Shown: positions 39,271-49,889, numbered from the stretch's first letter. The stretch is DNA of 64,000 nucleotides from Candidatus Heimdallarchaeum aukensis (GCA_021513695.1 CP084166.1:320001-384000); one strand, 5' to 3'. Program-made: numbers and translations. Notes: generated by a model from the letters alone, not told the origin.

Positions 39271-41034
39271 ATGAAATGGCAATTTGACAATGATAACCTT
39301 TTGACTAAGTGGAGTAAAAATATCAATCCAAAGTTTCCTTTACCAGAGTATCCTCGTCCTAATTTCCAAAGAGAAAAATGGATAAACCTTAATGGATTAT
39401 GGGATTACGCTATAACAAAAAGAAATGACATCAGTACTTTCATAGATAAAGGTGAAATTCTTGTTCCTTTTCCAATAGAATCTGCTTTATCAGGAGTAAA
39501 ACGCACTTTAAATCCTTATGAAAATTTAATTTATGTAAGAGATTTTGAGATACCTTCCTCTTGGACTAATGGTAGAATAATTTTGCACTTTGGAGCTGTT
39601 GATTGGCAAGCAAGAGTATTTGTTAATTCGAATTATATTGGCGAGAATAAAGGTGGCTATATTCCTTTTAGTTTTGATGTAACAAAATTTGTTTGTATGA
39701 ATGATACTAACACTCTAGAGGTACATGTTTTTGATCCTACAAATAAGGGGAGACAAGAAAGAGGAAAACAAGTGTTAAAACCGTGGGCTGTATTCTATAC
39801 TGCTGTTTCAGGTATTTGGCAAACAGTATGGTTAGAATATGTGCCTGAAGTATATATAAAAAGCATGACTATAACCCCTAAAGTTGATTCTAATTCAGTA
39901 CTTATTACTAATTTCTGTACTAGTGCTAAGGTAACAGATTTTGAAATTCGTTATTCTATATTTTTCAAAGGAAAAAAAATTGAAGAAAGAACTAGCAAAA
40001 TTAATTCATCAGAAACTATTAAATTACCAAACATTCATCTGTGGTCTCCTAAGGAGCCAAATTTATATGATTTAGAAGTAGAATTAGTTAAGCGAAATGA
40101 AACTCTTGATAAAGTTAAGAGTTACTTTGGTGTAAGAAAAATCGAATATAAGAAAGATGAAAATGGACATTTAAGATTCTATCTTAATAATGAAAAAATA
40201 TTCATGTTCGGAGTTTTAGACCAAGGTTATTGGCCTGATGGTTTATATACAGCCCCAACAGATGAAGCTCTTTTATTTGACATTAAGAAAGCTAAAGAAC
40301 TAGGCTTTAATACTATAAGAAAGCACATCAAAGTTGAACCTCTCCGATGGTATTATCATTGTGATAGAGAAGGGATGTTAGTTTGGCAAGATTTTCCTAA
40401 TGGAGGTAGTTTATGGGCTGGGTTTCTAAGTATGTTTACTGGTAAAAAAATTAATTTTAAGTTTGGAAGGAAAAAAGAATCAATTAAATCTCAATTCTAT
40501 AAAGAATTAACTAATATTGTAAGAACTCTTTATAACTTTCCATCAATTGTCGTTTGGGTTCCATTTAATGAAGGTTGGGGGCAATTTGAAACACGAAAAG
40601 TGACAGATTATGTACGAACTTTAGATTTTACAAGATTAATAGATAGTGCTAGTGGATGGGTAGATAAAGGGAGTGGAGATATAGCAGATATTCACAAATA
40701 TTTAGGCCCTGGTATTCCAAAAAGAGACAAAAAAAGAGTATTAACTCTTGGTGAATTCGGAGGTCTAGGACTCGTTGTTGAAAATCATGTGTGGAAGAAT
40801 GTTAAACCATGGGCATATAAAATTATGAAAAATAAAGACGATTTGTTAAAAAAATATGAAGAAATTATTAATAAAACGTTAGAATTGACAAAAAAGGGTT
40901 TAAGTGCAGCAATTTATACCCAAATCACTGATGTAGAAAAAGAAGTTAATGGTTTACTTACTTATGACAGGTTACAAAAAGTTGAGACAGAAAAAATGAG
41001 AAAAATTAATGAAAAACTTTCCAATTTTTATTGA
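39271..41034 (+). CDS. glycoside hydrolase family 2 enzyme
   Basis: GH2 sugar-binding domain pattern (WNGLWDYAI ... HFGAVDWQARVFVNSNYIGENKGGYIPFSFDVT), TIM-barrel region with GFNTIRKH and catalytic-acid-like NEGWGQ. Confidence 0.65.
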   Translation: MKWQFDNDNLLTKWSKNINPKFPLPEYPRPNFQREKWINLNGLWDYAITKRNDISTFIDKGEILVPFPIESALSGVKRTLNPYENLIYVRDFEIPSSWTNGRIILHFGAVDWQARVFVNSNYIGENKGGYIPFSFDVTKFVCMNDTNTLEVHVFDPTNKGRQERGKQVLKPWAVFYTAVSGIWQTVWLEYVPEVYIKSMTITPKVDSNSVLITNFCTSAKVTDFEIRYSIFFKGKKIEERTSKINSSETIKLPNIHLWSPKEPNLYDLEVELVKRNETLDKVKSYFGVRKIEYKKDENGHLRFYLNNEKIFMFGVLDQGYWPDGLYTAPTDEALLFDIKKAKELGFNTIRKHIKVEPLRWYYHCDREGMLVWQDFPNGGSLWAGFLSMFTGKKINFKFGRKKESIKSQFYKELTNIVRTLYNFPSIVVWVPFNEGWGQFETRKVTDYVRTLDFTRLIDSASGWVDKGSGDIADIHKYLGPGIPKRDKKRVLTLGEFGGLGLVVENHVWKNVKPWAYKIMKNKDDLLKKYEEIINKTLELTKKGLSAAIYTQITDVEKEVNGLLTYDRLQKVETEKMRKINEKLSNFY

Positions 41035-41035
41035 T

Positions 41036-42316
41036 TCATTTGTTTTCTTCTTTTTTTTCATTTGCAAATAGTAAAGGAATAATGGCAGTTAAAACAAGTA
41101 TTCCTGCAACGATAAACATTAGTGGAGGAGGAATATAGCCTATTTGACCAAATTCATCAATAAAGGTTTTACCCGAAGTTTTTGCTATAGCACTTCCTAT
41201 AAAAGGTCCTATTCCCATTGCTGCAAGTACAGTGAATACAATATAATAGCCAGAAAATTGTCCTCTCTTATCTTCAGGATAGAGATCTCTTATCCAAGTT
41301 ACTGAAGAAATGTCCCACATTGCCATAGCAAACATCATTCCGACACCAGAAAGTCCCAGAAAAATTAACTTTTCTGATAATCCAAAGAAAATCAATGAAA
41401 TCGATTCTATAAAAACAGAAATTATTGCTATCTTCTTTCTTCCTATTTTGTCTACAATAAAACCGACAGGAATAGAAATGAGTATAGCAATTAAAATTGC
41501 TACAAATATTAAGAGAGACGATTCTTCTAAACCTAGTTCAAGATGTTTTTGCATGTAAATAATCAAGAATGGGAAAAAGACATTAAAAGCAATTCCCCAT
41601 AACATTGCAGCGCTTAAGGTGAGGAAAACATCTCTATTATTTCTTAATTCAGATATACTAAAAGTAGTTTTAATTGTTTCCCAATATTTTTTCTCTGGTT
41701 TTTTTATCTCTACTTCTGGTGCAATAATTGCTCCTATTATTCCTAATACACCCACAGAAGCTCCAATTATGTAAAAGAAATCATAATAACCTAAAGATTC
41801 TATAATAAAGCCTGAAGCCCCATAGACCACCAATGTAGCAAATAAAACAGTGAATTCCATTACTGCACTTATTCTTCCTCGATTTTTTAGTGTGGTTACA
41901 TCAGTAGCATAAGCTTTTAGTGCAGCATCATTTGACATGCTTCCAAAAAAAGTCATTATACAATCAAAAACAATTGCTAAACTAGCAGCTAAAATTACTG
42001 GACGAACAAGTCCTGCAAGAGGAAATATGGCAGTAGTTAAAGCCCAAAAGGGTAAACCAATAAGAAAGAAAATTTTTCTTTTACCAATTTTATCAGAAAG
42101 AGCCCCAAAAAAAATAGATGTAAAAGTTGCAGTAAGAGCACTAGCAGCAACCATTATTGAAATATATAATGGATCAGGAATGATAACATTATACAAAAAT
42201 ACATTGAAATATTGATTTTCAACTCCCCAAGCCAGTTCACCAGCGAAACTAAGTAAAGTTATAGCTATAGTTGTTTTAGCAGAAATTTTCATATCAGAAA
42301 AAAAATAAAACAACAA
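41036..42316 (-). CDS. major facilitator superfamily transporter
   Basis: 12 TM helices, MFS-type loop motifs (GALSDKIGKRK, DKIGRKK) in both halves. Confidence 0.7.
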   Translation of the reverse strand: MLFYFFSDMKISAKTTIAITLLSFAGELAWGVENQYFNVFLYNVIIPDPLYISIMVAASALTATFTSIFFGALSDKIGKRKIFFLIGLPFWALTTAIFPLAGLVRPVILAASLAIVFDCIMTFFGSMSNDAALKAYATDVTTLKNRGRISAVMEFTVLFATLVVYGASGFIIESLGYYDFFYIIGASVGVLGIIGAIIAPEVEIKKPEKKYWETIKTTFSISELRNNRDVFLTLSAAMLWGIAFNVFFPFLIIYMQKHLELGLEESSLLIFVAILIAILISIPVGFIVDKIGRKKIAIISVFIESISLIFFGLSEKLIFLGLSGVGMMFAMAMWDISSVTWIRDLYPEDKRGQFSGYYIVFTVLAAMGIGPFIGSAIAKTSGKTFIDEFGQIGYIPPPLMFIVAGILVLTAIIPLLFANEKKEENK

Positions 42317-42342
42317 TTAAATTTTGTCACAAAAAAAGAGAT

Positions 42343-44343
42343 TTAGATTTTTTCATTTATCCAAATTTGCATCTCTGTTTTTCCTCTGTTTTCCCACAAA
42401 AAGTAAGGTGTCGCAATTATTTTTTCTCCAGATTGGTTTCTTGTTTCAATTATTTTTATATTACCAAAGTTTGGAAATAGAAAATCTTTAACTTCTATCT
42501 GTGAAGTATCTATTGTTTCAAAAGGAATCTTGGAATTAGGATTGTCGATTTTTTCAAAACAATAAACTAATGGACCATAACTCAAAGCTATTTTTCTTCT
42601 ATTTTCTTTTATTTTCTTATGTGAATAAAGTTTGGTTACATTCATTTGAAATTCTAAGTCTATTTCTGTTTTGTTAGAAAAGTTATCTTCAAGGGTAACA
42701 TATTCTGAAAGAAGAGGGTTGTATCCTGAAGCGGTAGTAATAGTTTCACTATTAGTTTGGTGATTAAATTCTTTGTTTTGACCATTAATACTAATCTTCA
42801 TTTTTTTTGTCCAAGAAGGAAAGCGAAAATGTAATTTAGAAAGTTTATAATTTGATTTTTTAAAATTGATAAACAACTTTACCTTTCCTTCCCAAGGAAA
42901 ATAAGAAACAAGAGAAAGATTGATTTCTTGGCCAATTTTTGAGCTGTTACTTATGTATTGATGTATCCATAATTCTGATTCTTTCATAGAGTAAATATAA
43001 TCTCCAACTTTAGCAATTGTTCTTGAATAGTTGGAAGGGCAACAAGCAGTTCGATACCAGTTTTGTCTTTCATAATTGCCATTTGAAATCATTGGATTGT
43101 AATAAAAATACTTTGTTCCATCGATTGAGGATGAAACTAAAATTGCATTGTATAATTGCCATTCAATCAAATCAGAATAACATGCTTTTCCAGTTAATTT
43201 TAACAACTCATTAGACCAGAAAACACTTCCAATGGCAGCACAAGTTTCACAATAGGCATATTTTTGAGGAAGTTCATAGGCTTTACCAAAACCTTCAAGC
43301 ATAGGTAGAGAACCTATTCCTCCTGTTGCATACATATATTTTGTAACCATTTCTTTCCAGATTCTCTCAAGTTGTTGTAGGTAAATTTTATTTTCTAATT
43401 CTTGTTGTAGTAGAGCAGCAGCTGTCATAAAATAAGTAAATCGCACACTATGACCTACAGGATGTTTCATTTTAAAAAAAGGTTTGTTATGTTGCATATA
43501 TTTACCTGTGAGAGCACTATAATAAAATCTAAATTTAAGAAAAGGAATATCATCAATTTTTAAGTCACTCATAACTTTTTTTTCATATTCCTTATTATGA
43601 GTTAATTTTTCTATCTGCTTGTTAACTTCTTTTGTTCGCTCTTCTACAGATAAAAATTCCTTTATCATTTGAATAAAGAATAGTTTTTTTCTTCCTCTGT
43701 TTTCAATAAATTTTTTAGCTAAATTTAGGTATCTCCTATCATTATTAACTCTAAATAACTTTATTAAAGCAATTTCAATTTCTTGATGCCCAGGAACTTC
43801 TATTTTTTTTGAATTAAAAAATTGGATATAGATCGCTTCAGCTAGTTTTTCAGCAATCTGGAGAAAAGTTTTTTCTCTTGTAGTTTGATAATGTTCAACT
43901 GCAGCTTCAATTAAATGTCCTGCAGTATATAGTTCGTGTTCAATTAAGAGATTCTTCCACTTTGTTTCAGGAAAGAAGAATTGATTGTATGTAAAAATAT
44001 ACCCATCTTCATCTTGAGCTTCTTGAAGGAGTTTAATATATAGATCTATTAATTCTTTTAATTTCGTGTTTTTTCTTGCTGAAGAGATCCTAATTGCAGC
44101 TTCTGACCACTTATGGGCGTCTGAGTCCCAGTAAGAAAGACCTTTTCTGTATCCCTCTTTGTTCTTTGCAATAATTCTGAAATTGTCAATACAACCACTT
44201 TTTTCTAACATTTTCCATTGGTGAAAAATAGCTTTTTCTGCATTGACATCCTGTTTATTTTTCCAAAAACCGTTGTTAATTTTAATTTGTGAATATGGAA
44301 TAGATATGAAAAAAATGTTAGGAGAATTAGTATTTTCGCTCAT
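42343..44343 (-). CDS. glycoside hydrolase family 127 (beta-L-arabinofuranosidase-like, DUF1680)
   Basis: Zinc-site pattern of GH127: E-x-C (YCETCAAIG) and downstream Cys-Cys (RTACCPSNY). ORF track start 44403 overlaps mtd; internal ATG (MSENTNS) at 44343 removes overlap. Confidence 0.6.
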   Translation of the reverse strand: MSENTNSPNIFFISIPYSQIKINNGFWKNKQDVNAEKAIFHQWKMLEKSGCIDNFRIIAKNKEGYRKGLSYWDSDAHKWSEAAIRISSARKNTKLKELIDLYIKLLQEAQDEDGYIFTYNQFFFPETKWKNLLIEHELYTAGHLIEAAVEHYQTTREKTFLQIAEKLAEAIYIQFFNSKKIEVPGHQEIEIALIKLFRVNNDRRYLNLAKKFIENRGRKKLFFIQMIKEFLSVEERTKEVNKQIEKLTHNKEYEKKVMSDLKIDDIPFLKFRFYYSALTGKYMQHNKPFFKMKHPVGHSVRFTYFMTAAALLQQELENKIYLQQLERIWKEMVTKYMYATGGIGSLPMLEGFGKAYELPQKYAYCETCAAIGSVFWSNELLKLTGKACYSDLIEWQLYNAILVSSSIDGTKYFYYNPMISNGNYERQNWYRTACCPSNYSRTIAKVGDYIYSMKESELWIHQYISNSSKIGQEINLSLVSYFPWEGKVKLFINFKKSNYKLSKLHFRFPSWTKKMKISINGQNKEFNHQTNSETITTASGYNPLLSEYVTLEDNFSNKTEIDLEFQMNVTKLYSHKKIKENRRKIALSYGPLVYCFEKIDNPNSKIPFETIDTSQIEVKDFLFPNFGNIKIIETRNQSGEKIIATPYFLWENRGKTEMQIWINEKI

Positions 44344-44356
44344 TTTCTCCCCGATG

Positions 44357-45193
44357 TTATTTTGCTTCTTCAAAGAAGTTTTCTTTGTAAAGTCTTTTTC
44401 CATCTGCTTTATTATGTGGTTGCCTTACAAGCATATTTGTACTTTTTTCTAGTTCTCTTATCTCATCAGCAAGTAAACCAGCTTGTCTAACAATTTCATG
44501 TGCTGCTGCAAGGTATATTAATGATTTAGATTTATCTTTCTCTACATACAAACCTTTGATATCAAGTTTAGCTACTTTTGTTAACATTTCTAGAGCAGCG
44601 ACTGCTTTAGCTTTGGAGTAGTCGTTTTTGAAAGGATATGATTGAACAACTGTCATGCTTGATAGATTTCTTTTGGGTAACATCAGTTCTTTTCCTTCTT
44701 TTATTTGTTCAATTACATTATCTATTTCTTTGGTTATTAGTTCAAAAACACCAGCTGCACTAAGAACATTGATTACATAACCATTGAAAATTCCCATTTC
44801 TGTAGGATCTAGAAAATCTTTTTTTGCACCAATCATTGGATCAAAAGGAGCGATTAAATAACCTACACCTTCATTTCTCCATGATTCTCTTAGTTCTTTA
44901 TCAGCTTCGTCAGAGACAACAATGAGTGGATATTTTCCTTTTAATTCATTAACAAGCTTTTTGGGACCATCCAAATTAGCATTGGGAGAAACAACGACAA
45001 TTAAATCAGATTCTACATATTCTAGAAGTGAAAGGATTCGTTCTGCATCAGATGGAGAAAGCTTTGTAGAAGAGGATAAGACAGTTCCTTGAATGTCATC
45101 CCTACTTGCTCGTTCATCTAACATAATATCAACTAAAGTTGTTAGAGTAATATTTCCTATTTTTAAGAATGTGACCTTTACCATTTTTATCAC
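44357..45193 (-). CDS. mtd: F420-dependent methylenetetrahydromethanopterin dehydrogenase
   Basis: Full-length (~278 aa) collinear similarity to Mtd: LVDIMLDERASRDD, NEGVGYLIAPFDPMIGAKKDFLDPTEMGIFNGYVINVLSAAGVF, AKAVAALEML, LADEIRELEKSTNMLVRQPHNKADGK. Confidence 0.8.
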   Translation of the reverse strand: MIKMVKVTFLKIGNITLTTLVDIMLDERASRDDIQGTVLSSSTKLSPSDAERILSLLEYVESDLIVVVSPNANLDGPKKLVNELKGKYPLIVVSDEADKELRESWRNEGVGYLIAPFDPMIGAKKDFLDPTEMGIFNGYVINVLSAAGVFELITKEIDNVIEQIKEGKELMLPKRNLSSMTVVQSYPFKNDYSKAKAVAALEMLTKVAKLDIKGLYVEKDKSKSLIYLAAAHEIVRQAGLLADEIRELEKSTNMLVRQPHNKADGKRLYKENFFEEAK

Positions 45194-45290
45194 AAAGTGT
45201 CCTAAGCATTCTTATTAAAAAATCATTTTGTCAAATTTAAATAAATGAATAATTTTATAATGGTTAATATTTTTCAATCAATGTAGAAAG

Positions 45291-46040
45291 ATGAGAGATA
45301 AAGTACTAGTAGCAACTACTTCAGTCTTAATTATAGCATTTTCAATTTCATTGTTAAACATCTATGTCTTACCTGACATACGTTTTCAACTTAATGTTAA
45401 CAGAGAATACACTAATGACTCTCAATATGAAATTCTTCTAAATATGGAAAATATAGCTATTTCTTCTTCTTATTTTGAAGGTATAAACTTGAGCCACATA
45501 GTTTATGATATACCTGAACATTCTATTATGAATATTACTTACATGCTTGAACAAGTAAAAAAACATGAGTCTGCAGCTTATGATACTTTGAAGGATGTAT
45601 ATTTTGATACAAATGAAGTTATTCCTCAACCAAAACAAATCAAAATGTCATATAATGGTTCAATATCGTTTGTAACAAGTAATTCTACAAATTATATCAA
45701 AAAAATACTCTCTTTTTATAAAGAAGGAGGAAATAACGCAACTTATTTTGTTGTTCTAAACTCAAGTTCCTACATAACAAAATGTAATATTTCTGAAGTT
45801 GGATTAAGTCAGTTTGATATTTATGAATCAATTTTGCTACTAAACAATTTATTTGATGATGTGAATACAAAACCATTCTATGTTATTTATCAACATGTAT
45901 ATTATGAGGAAACAAGAGGTTTTCTACTTTCATATTCCACATCATTTACAAGAATGATTTTTCTGAATGTCTTTGGCGACTTACTTTATTTTATTACTAA
46001 CGAAGGATATTGGATAAAACCTCTAGATTTACTAATTTGA
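45291..46040 (+). CDS. hypothetical N-terminally anchored protein
   Basis: N-terminal TM helix, Asn/Tyr-rich extracytoplasmic domain with N-glycosylation sequons; no family recognised. Confidence 0.3.
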   Translation: MRDKVLVATTSVLIIAFSISLLNIYVLPDIRFQLNVNREYTNDSQYEILLNMENIAISSSYFEGINLSHIVYDIPEHSIMNITYMLEQVKKHESAAYDTLKDVYFDTNEVIPQPKQIKMSYNGSISFVTSNSTNYIKKILSFYKEGGNNATYFVVLNSSSYITKCNISEVGLSQFDIYESILLLNNLFDDVNTKPFYVIYQHVYYEETRGFLLSYSTSFTRMIFLNVFGDLLYFITNEGYWIKPLDLLI

Positions 46041-46098
46041 GTGTAAAATCAAGAATTTTTTGCAAAAAAAATATATACATTGATTACTAGTACATTTT

Positions 46099-46602
46099 AT
46101 GTCTCAAGAAATTAAACCAATGGGATTCAAAGTTCAACAAAAGATATTAGCTCTAGTTGCAACATATAATATCTATGATTTGGCAACAGATCAGCAAATA
46201 TTTCAAGCAAAAAGAAAAATGTTTTCATGGACACCAACAATTATAATAAAAGATATGGCAGAAAATGAAGTAGCAAAAATCGTTTCTAACTTCTTCTTCC
46301 AAAATAACTGGAAAATATACGCTCCAGACGGAGCATTGATAGGTGAAGTTAAGTTTCCTCTTATTCGTTTTTGTGGTATCAAATTTGATGTAATGCTGGC
46401 TGGAAACACATATACTGCTTCTGATATTTTTGGTTATTCATTCTCTGCTGTTGATGTTAATGGAAACTTAGGTTTTAAATTGGATAGAAAAGTATTTGCG
46501 ATAAGAGACACTTACAAAGTAGAAACCTATCCTCCTCTAGAACCTGTTTTTGCTTTAGCTGCTGCTTTAGCTATAGATTCAAAATACTTCCAAGGAAAAT
46601 AA
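46099..46602 (+). CDS. LURP-one-related (LOR/DUF567, Tubby C-terminal-like fold) protein
   Basis: 167 aa; pattern KILALVATYNIYDLATDQQIFQAKRKMFSWTPTIIIKD resembles LOR family beta-barrel proteins; tentative. Confidence 0.35.
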   Translation: MSQEIKPMGFKVQQKILALVATYNIYDLATDQQIFQAKRKMFSWTPTIIIKDMAENEVAKIVSNFFFQNNWKIYAPDGALIGEVKFPLIRFCGIKFDVMLAGNTYTASDIFGYSFSAVDVNGNLGFKLDRKVFAIRDTYKVETYPPLEPVFALAAALAIDSKYFQGK

Positions 46603-46634
46603 ACGTTTTTTTCTTTTTTTTCTCTTTTTTTGGT
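46603..46634 (+). terminator. oligo-T terminator (three T7-T8 runs)
   Basis: T-runs at 46606-46612, 46615-46622, 46627-46633 directly after stop codon. Confidence 0.35.
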
Positions 46635-46676
46635 ATATTCAATAAAAGTTAAAATATTAGATTTGAATCTCTTTTT

Positions 46677-47822
46677 GTGAGAGAAAAAATAGATGAGATT
46701 ATAGAGTTCTTAAAAAGTGAACTTGCAGAGGATTGCTCTTATTATTCTGGAAAAGTTTTTGGCAGTATGAGTAGTTATCCTGATGATGATGTAGTGAAAG
46801 TTTTCACTGAATTTATAGAAAAAAATGCTGGTGATGCAAATATCTTTGCTGGTACAGCTAAGATTGAAAACAAAGTAATTAACCTCTTAGGAACTTTTTT
46901 TAACAATCCTACAGCTGGTGGAAATTGTGTTAGTGGAGGAAGTGAAGCAAATGTAGTAGGGCTGTGGGCAGCAAGAAATTTTTTCAAAGAAAGGAAAAAC
47001 TTAGCTTTCCTCAATGGAGAATATGAAATAATTGCTCCTGAAACTAGACATACTTCAATTGCAAAAGCAGCTGATATATTGAATTTGAAATTAGTAGAAG
47101 TTCCTGTAAACAAAGATTTTGAAGTAGAAGCAAAAATTGTGGAAGAGAAAATATCTGAAAAAACTATTGCAATTGTGGGTATTGCAGGAAACACTGTTTA
47201 TGGAGCAATAGATAACATCGAAGATCTGTCTCTTATTGCATTAAATAATAATTGTTGGTTACATGTAGATGCAGCTTTTGGAGGGTTTGCAATACCTTTC
47301 TTAAAAAATCCACCAAGATTCGATTTTATTTTTGAAGGAGTAAAATCATTGGTAGCTGACCCTCATAAAAATTTAGGTAGCCCAATTCCAAATGGTTGTA
47401 TACTATTCAGAGACTTAGACCATTCAAAACATATTATTCATCACTTACCTTATTTTTCGGGGAAAAAAACTGAAAATCGAACAATTATAGGAACAAAATC
47501 AGGAGCTGCGATAATAGCTACTTATTATTTATTAAATTTTAAAGGGATTGATTGGTTAAAAAAACGAATGAAAAGTGCTTTTGAAAACAAAGATTACCTA
47601 AAACAAAGACTAGAAAAGTTAGGTTTTGAAATTTTTGGAAAAGCTCAACTGAACGTTCTTGCAGCTAAACCCCCTGATAGTATAAGAAAAAGAAGAAATG
47701 AGCTATTCAAAAAAGGTTGGAGAATAGGCAAATATGGAGATCTTTGGAGATTTGTTGTAATGCCTACTATAAGTAGAGAAAATATAAACGAATTAATATC
47801 TGTTTTAGAAGAAAATTGTTAG
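46677..47822 (+). CDS. mfnA: PLP-dependent L-tyrosine/L-aspartate decarboxylase MfnA
   Basis: GTG start; N-terminus collinear with archaeal MfnA (KVFGSMSS..., VSGGSEANVVGLWAARN), PLP-lysine motif DPHKNLGSPIPNGCILFRD. Confidence 0.75.
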   Translation: MREKIDEIIEFLKSELAEDCSYYSGKVFGSMSSYPDDDVVKVFTEFIEKNAGDANIFAGTAKIENKVINLLGTFFNNPTAGGNCVSGGSEANVVGLWAARNFFKERKNLAFLNGEYEIIAPETRHTSIAKAADILNLKLVEVPVNKDFEVEAKIVEEKISEKTIAIVGIAGNTVYGAIDNIEDLSLIALNNNCWLHVDAAFGGFAIPFLKNPPRFDFIFEGVKSLVADPHKNLGSPIPNGCILFRDLDHSKHIIHHLPYFSGKKTENRTIIGTKSGAAIIATYYLLNFKGIDWLKKRMKSAFENKDYLKQRLEKLGFEIFGKAQLNVLAAKPPDSIRKRRNELFKKGWRIGKYGDLWRFVVMPTISRENINELISVLEENC

Positions 47823-47891
47823 GCACTGAGATTAGGGTTTACAAATGTTATTCATTTGTAATAATTTTTTCCTCTTTCACATCATTTATAA

Positions 47892-49877
47892 ATGAAAAGT
47901 GACAAAGATATAATGGGGTGTTTCTGGATGAATAATAAGAAACTATCAGTATTATATATTATAACATTTTTAGTTGTTTCCATGGCTTTTGGAAACAATT
48001 ACGGAATAAATGTTCAATCTGAAACCAGTTTGAATTCTTATCAAGCACTTCAAGCAGGAGATACCCTGTTATATGAAGTTTATAACTGGTTTGAAGATGA
48101 ATACAATCATTTACTCTATTTAGAACAAGAAACTCCAGATGTTTTCTCAGATAAATCATATGACAATTTCTTCTTTGAACAGATTGAGCTTCACTCATTT
48201 GTAGTTACTGGAGCTGCTGATCCTACATACCTTACAGCAAATGAAACAATGTCATCATATCCAAAGACTAATTATAATTATCATGAATATTGGCACTACG
48301 ATTATAGTCAAAACAAATGGGTAAGTGATTGGGTAGATGAATATAGTTTTGAAGATCCTCCAAAGAGTGATGTATTTTTCGATATCAGTTTTGATGTATA
48401 TCAGGATACCTTGAACCTAGATTTAGGTTTTTGGTTTTATGAAGCAGTATATGTTGAAAATTACAATCAAACCTACATAATCAATGGTGTTCCATTTGAA
48501 ATAAATATTACTCACTACAGTGTTTATCATGAATATACTTCTTCTTGGGAAGACGGATTTTATGATCTTCCTCTGTATGTAGAGCAAAATAATACCAATC
48601 AAATTGATTATTACATTGACACTGATACAGGATTTTTGATCGAATATGAAGAGTTTAACACTTTTGAAGAAAAAAGATGGGTAGATGATTATAGCAGTGA
48701 ACTACAAACCCATGTAATATTAAATGATACATTGTACAATGAAAATTACTTTAATTGGAAATTGGTAGGAGCAAATTGTCAATATGCACCATTAGCAGAA
48801 GTAGATTTGCCTTATATAGTGAACTATTATGATGTTTCGTTTTTAACCATAGAAAATGATACAGACTATGTTGTATTACCTTTAGAGCTTTATACATCCT
48901 CCAATAATTTAACAGCAGAAATATCTCTTGTTAATTGGGACATGGATGGACCTAATGTTACATTGTATGACAGAGTAGAAAATCTAACAAATGGATATTG
49001 GGAATATTGGATACCAGTTACAGAGTTTGAATATGTTGGTCCATACTATTACTATGATGTTTTAGTAACTCTATATGATGGATACAATGTTTCACATAAT
49101 TCAACATGGCATATAGGACTACAAGACAATAGAGTAATCATACCTGATTGGCCATCTTGGTATGAAGGACCAGACTACATTGAAGTAGGAGAATGGGAGT
49201 TCTGGGATCAACCCTACGATGTTTATTCTGATACTTATTGGTTTGTTGATATTTACAGATATACAGATGACCCAATGTATCCAATGGAATTCATTGATCA
49301 CTGGGAAGGATATCAGAATGGAACATTTTGGCTACATCATCGTGAAGAACCTGAAGGAGAATATCAATATGAAATTGTATTCTGGGACCAAAGCGGTGCT
49401 TATATCAATATGACTGTTACAGTTAAAGTAGTTAGTGGTTCGACTTCTCCAGAAGATACCGATCCTCCTGTTATTACTGGTGAAGGGCCAGACATTTACA
49501 TCAAAGAAGGAGAAGATAAAACTCTAACTTATAAGATTACAGATGAAAACCCTGACCATGTTATGGTTAAGAGGAACGGTACTGTTATTATAGATGAAGA
49601 CATGACAAGTTCTCCATACTACATTGATATAGACCTCTCAACTTTAGGTGAAGGAACTTACATATTTAGTATTGATGCTTGGGATATTTATGACAATCAT
49701 AATATCTGGGACATTACTGTCTATGTTTCTTCCAGTTCTTCTGACACAAATGATACTTCACCCACAGATGATACTGGAACAAATACTTTCGATTTAGATG
49801 CTCCTAATGGATTAATTGTTGGTATAAGTCTATTTTCTGTTAGTGCTTTAGTAGTTTTACTAAAGAAAAAACGCTAA
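47892..49877 (+). CDS. acidic, Trp/Tyr/Asp/Glu-rich surface protein with C-terminal TM anchor
   Basis: Signal peptide, pI clearly acidic, repeated YD/WxD segments, C-terminal TM + LKKKR. Confidence 0.45.
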   Translation: MKSDKDIMGCFWMNNKKLSVLYIITFLVVSMAFGNNYGINVQSETSLNSYQALQAGDTLLYEVYNWFEDEYNHLLYLEQETPDVFSDKSYDNFFFEQIELHSFVVTGAADPTYLTANETMSSYPKTNYNYHEYWHYDYSQNKWVSDWVDEYSFEDPPKSDVFFDISFDVYQDTLNLDLGFWFYEAVYVENYNQTYIINGVPFEINITHYSVYHEYTSSWEDGFYDLPLYVEQNNTNQIDYYIDTDTGFLIEYEEFNTFEEKRWVDDYSSELQTHVILNDTLYNENYFNWKLVGANCQYAPLAEVDLPYIVNYYDVSFLTIENDTDYVVLPLELYTSSNNLTAEISLVNWDMDGPNVTLYDRVENLTNGYWEYWIPVTEFEYVGPYYYYDVLVTLYDGYNVSHNSTWHIGLQDNRVIIPDWPSWYEGPDYIEVGEWEFWDQPYDVYSDTYWFVDIYRYTDDPMYPMEFIDHWEGYQNGTFWLHHREEPEGEYQYEIVFWDQSGAYINMTVTVKVVSGSTSPEDTDPPVITGEGPDIYIKEGEDKTLTYKITDENPDHVMVKRNGTVIIDEDMTSSPYYIDIDLSTLGEGTYIFSIDAWDIYDNHNIWDITVYVSSSSSDTNDTSPTDDTGTNTFDLDAPNGLIVGISLFSVSALVVLLKKKR

Positions 49878-49889
49878 TTTATTCCTTTT

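Noticed and set aside
44343-44403. 47-nt overlap between GH127 ORF-track start and mtd 3' end
   Set aside because: Most likely an over-extended start; internal ATG at 44343 (MSENTNS) gives a non-overlapping, still full-length GH127
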